Positions 61,861 to 64,000 of a DNA stretch of 64,000 bases are shown here, in pieces. The position numbers and the translations under genes are program-made. Under the pieces are notes generated by a model. The model was not told where the DNA came from. It saw nothing but the letters and a program-made list of their open reading frames with translations, and ran no database searches. Positions within the stretch are counted from its first letter, which is position 1; each line of letters starts with the position of its first letter. Source of the stretch: a virus (lineage: Duplodnaviria; Heunggongvirae; Uroviricota; Caudoviricetes); the IMG/VR virus record IMGVR_UViG_3300031414_000001, positions 304,437 to 368,436 of that record; one strand, written 5' to 3'.

Positions 61861-62174
61861 TTGAATATCCCCATTAAATCATTAACGATAGCATCAATTT
61901 CTTCAGGAGTTTTGCGTTTAACATTCGGGTCACGATACTTGAGCCTGAAGTTTGAAAACGCACGTTTACCCAAGTAACCAACACGCCACGTGAATATCAC
62001 GTTCAGTACTACATCCTTACGTTGCTGTACTGGAAAATTGGTTATCGGGAATTCAACAACATCAATGAATTCGTGATGTTTAGTATCGTACAAGCGAGCT
62101 TGAATTGTACCATCATCACGGATTTCATCAATCGCACCGTACCAATCAGCATGAATAGTTACTTTTTGTTTCAT
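61857..62174 (-). CDS. hypothetical protein
   Basis: ORF. Confidence 0.75.
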   Translation of the reverse strand: MKQKVTIHADWYGAIDEIRDDGTIQARLYDTKHHEFIDVVEFPITNFPVQQRKDVVLNVIFTWRVGYLGKRAFSNFRLKYRDPNVKRKTPEEIDAIVNDLMGIFK

Positions 62175-62176
62175 GA

Positions 62177-62746
62177 TTACATCCCGAATTCGTCTTCAGC
62201 ACGTTCAATAACTTCAACGGAGTCATTGTACCACGCTGGATTATTGATGAATACATGGTATTCCCAATCCAGTGTACCAGATTGCTTAATCCGATACATA
62301 ACGATACCTTCATCCATGTCTTTAATTTCGACACGGTTAATAACACCATTTGAGGTGAATACAGTACCGTTATCATCAGTAGTCCTGAAAGATACAGTAT
62401 CGCCTAGACGTGGCTTATCTTCAAGGAAAGCCATTTCTCGTTCGAACTGAGTCAGTTCAGTACGGCATACTGAAGTCTCGCACGGAGTACCCAGGAAAGG
62501 TTTAAAGTTTTCTTCAACGTGTTTGACAGCATCAATCACGGAATCAACTACCACATCTGGAGCATGACCGGACATTGCGAAACGCACATCACTGATCAGT
62601 GAGTTGATAAAACTGATTTTCGCGTTACACAACACAAAGCAGTACTGAGCACCGGATTCCAACGATTCGTTAGAACGGTTGCGAAGGTTCATAACTTGAG
62701 TAAACAAGTCATCTTCTGCTTTCTTCAAAAATTCGAGCTTATCCAT
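62177..62746 (-). CDS. hypothetical protein
   Basis: ORF. Confidence 0.75.
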   Translation of the reverse strand: MDKLEFLKKAEDDLFTQVMNLRNRSNESLESGAQYCFVLCNAKISFINSLISDVRFAMSGHAPDVVVDSVIDAVKHVEENFKPFLGTPCETSVCRTELTQFEREMAFLEDKPRLGDTVSFRTTDDNGTVFTSNGVINRVEIKDMDEGIVMYRIKQSGTLDWEYHVFINNPAWYNDSVEVIERAEDEFGM

Positions 62747-63599
62747 AGAATATCTCTCTTAACAGATGTTCGATTACTGGCACTGTCCATCCGTTGCCAA
62801 GCATTTTGTATGCTTGGGTGTTAGAGGACACTTTAAAGAAATCATCAGGAACTCCCTGAAGACGACAACATTCTATCACACTGAGTTTCCGGTAGTCAAC
62901 CCCATTTTGACCATTTTCTAACAAAAATTCCTTTACGATATTTGGGTTAGAAAATACTATCTGTCTACGGGATTTGTTGAAGTACTGGTTACAGTCTCCA
63001 CCTTTGAAATAGTTCGCATCTATACAATAAGATTTCGATCTATCCGTATGTCCAGATTCTAAAATAGAACTTAAATCTGGAGACAGCAATAATGCTGGTG
63101 GCACAATGTAGTTGTCAGTACTAACCCAATAATAACGTTGTCTAAAATGGGCAGTATAATGTTGAGAGTTAATTAGATGTGGTGTTCTTCCAATAATACC
63201 AGAACAGTATTCTTCAAAGTCTTTCTTCATCTTAACATTCTCGAACAAGTACTTCACATCTGGATTAACACTTTTGATATGATTAAAAATATCAATCATC
63301 GTATGGAATAGCATTCCACGAGGATCGTTTGTTCCACCTTGTTTACCAGCTACTGACCAAGCCTGGCAGGGGAATCCACCCATCAATAAGTCTATTGAAC
63401 TCCAGTCAATATCCCATTCTTCCCATTTAGTAACATCACCCAATTGAACAATGTCAGGGAAGTTTTCTTGACTTTCCGCAATTGCGAATTTGTCAATCTC
63501 TGATGAATAGTATGTTTGTATAGGGATACCAGCTTTTTGTAAAGCCATGTATCCGCATGACATGCCGTTGAATAACGACAGTACTGTAATAGGTTCCAT
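62739..63599 (-). CDS. DNA (cytosine-5) methyltransferase
   Basis: motif I VLSLFNGMSCG, catalytic GFPCQ, ENV, C-terminal KMLGNGW. Confidence 0.92.
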   Translation of the reverse strand: MEPITVLSLFNGMSCGYMALQKAGIPIQTYYSSEIDKFAIAESQENFPDIVQLGDVTKWEEWDIDWSSIDLLMGGFPCQAWSVAGKQGGTNDPRGMLFHTMIDIFNHIKSVNPDVKYLFENVKMKKDFEEYCSGIIGRTPHLINSQHYTAHFRQRYYWVSTDNYIVPPALLLSPDLSSILESGHTDRSKSYCIDANYFKGGDCNQYFNKSRRQIVFSNPNIVKEFLLENGQNGVDYRKLSVIECCRLQGVPDDFFKVSSNTQAYKMLGNGWTVPVIEHLLREIFYG

Positions 63600-63619
63600 A
63601 GAAATCCTTTTCTATTAGA

Positions 63620-63970
63620 TTATTCTTCGTTTTGTTCATCCATGTAAGCATCGTCGGGATCAATACCACCGTAACGTGCTTCATATTCTTTCGCTACTAC
63701 TGATTCAGCACCAGGATTATGAGTACTGCGATCCAGAAAATTATATACTGAAGTTTTACCTTCCAGTACAAAATTAACGGATTCCAACATACGCTCAAGT
63801 TCAGCTTTCAGATCGAGAATAGCTTCTCGTTCAGTATCACCAGTACCCATTGGTGCGATTTCACCAGTATTACCAACAGCAGGTTCATAATAAACCTCAA
63901 TGATGCTGGCACTGAATTCAGTGTAATCATCCATTTCAGTTTTGGTTACTTCTACACGATTATTCCACAT
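63620..63970 (-). CDS. hypothetical protein
   Basis: ORF. Confidence 0.75.
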   Translation of the reverse strand: MWNNRVEVTKTEMDDYTEFSASIIEVYYEPAVGNTGEIAPMGTGDTEREAILDLKAELERMLESVNFVLEGKTSVYNFLDRSTHNPGAESVVAKEYEARYGGIDPDDAYMDEQNEE

Positions 63971-64000
63971 ATTTGTACCTTATTTAAAGACCGTAAATTC

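Noticed and set aside
1-64000. Genome-wide TAG reassignment (code 15)
   Set aside because: Almost all genes here are intact in code 11; only two clear in-frame TAGs were found. Late genes elsewhere were not visible.

Overview
64 kb of an AT-rich, lytic-looking jumbo phage genome. The host is probably an enterobacterium, and the Rak2/GAP32/121Q-like affinity is inference. Nearly all genes are on the minus strand: about 130 mostly small hypothetical CDSs interleaved with about 26 tRNA genes and many non-coding structured RNAs. Recognisable proteins: AAA+ ATPase, two HNH endonucleases, TraR/DksA Zn finger, sigma70-family factor, XRE HTH, SAM methyltransferase, Acb2-like anti-CBASS sponge, SprT-like protease, kinase-fold protein, YadA-like trimeric autotransporter, two cyclic-phosphate-processing receiver-like proteins, GNAT, PTH2-like and HD proteins, and a C5 DNA methyltransferase. 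Four standout observations. (1) A family of 15 RNA elements shares a GAAUC/GAUUC stem with a CAGCAA bulge and occurs in three topologies: minimal anticodon-like hairpins, circularly permuted tRNA-like (YrlA/Y-RNA-like) RNAs, and linear tRNAs with the element inserted in the anticodon stem. (2) An amber (CUA) suppressor tRNA co-occurs with two adjacent genes (PTH2-like and HD) that each carry one in-frame TAG. (3) A ~254-nt ncRNA contains a close copy of the 23S rRNA L11-binding/GTPase centre. (4) Two promoter-driven large ncRNA candidates of ~530 and ~830 nt. All structure and homology calls were made by eye and need computational confirmation.
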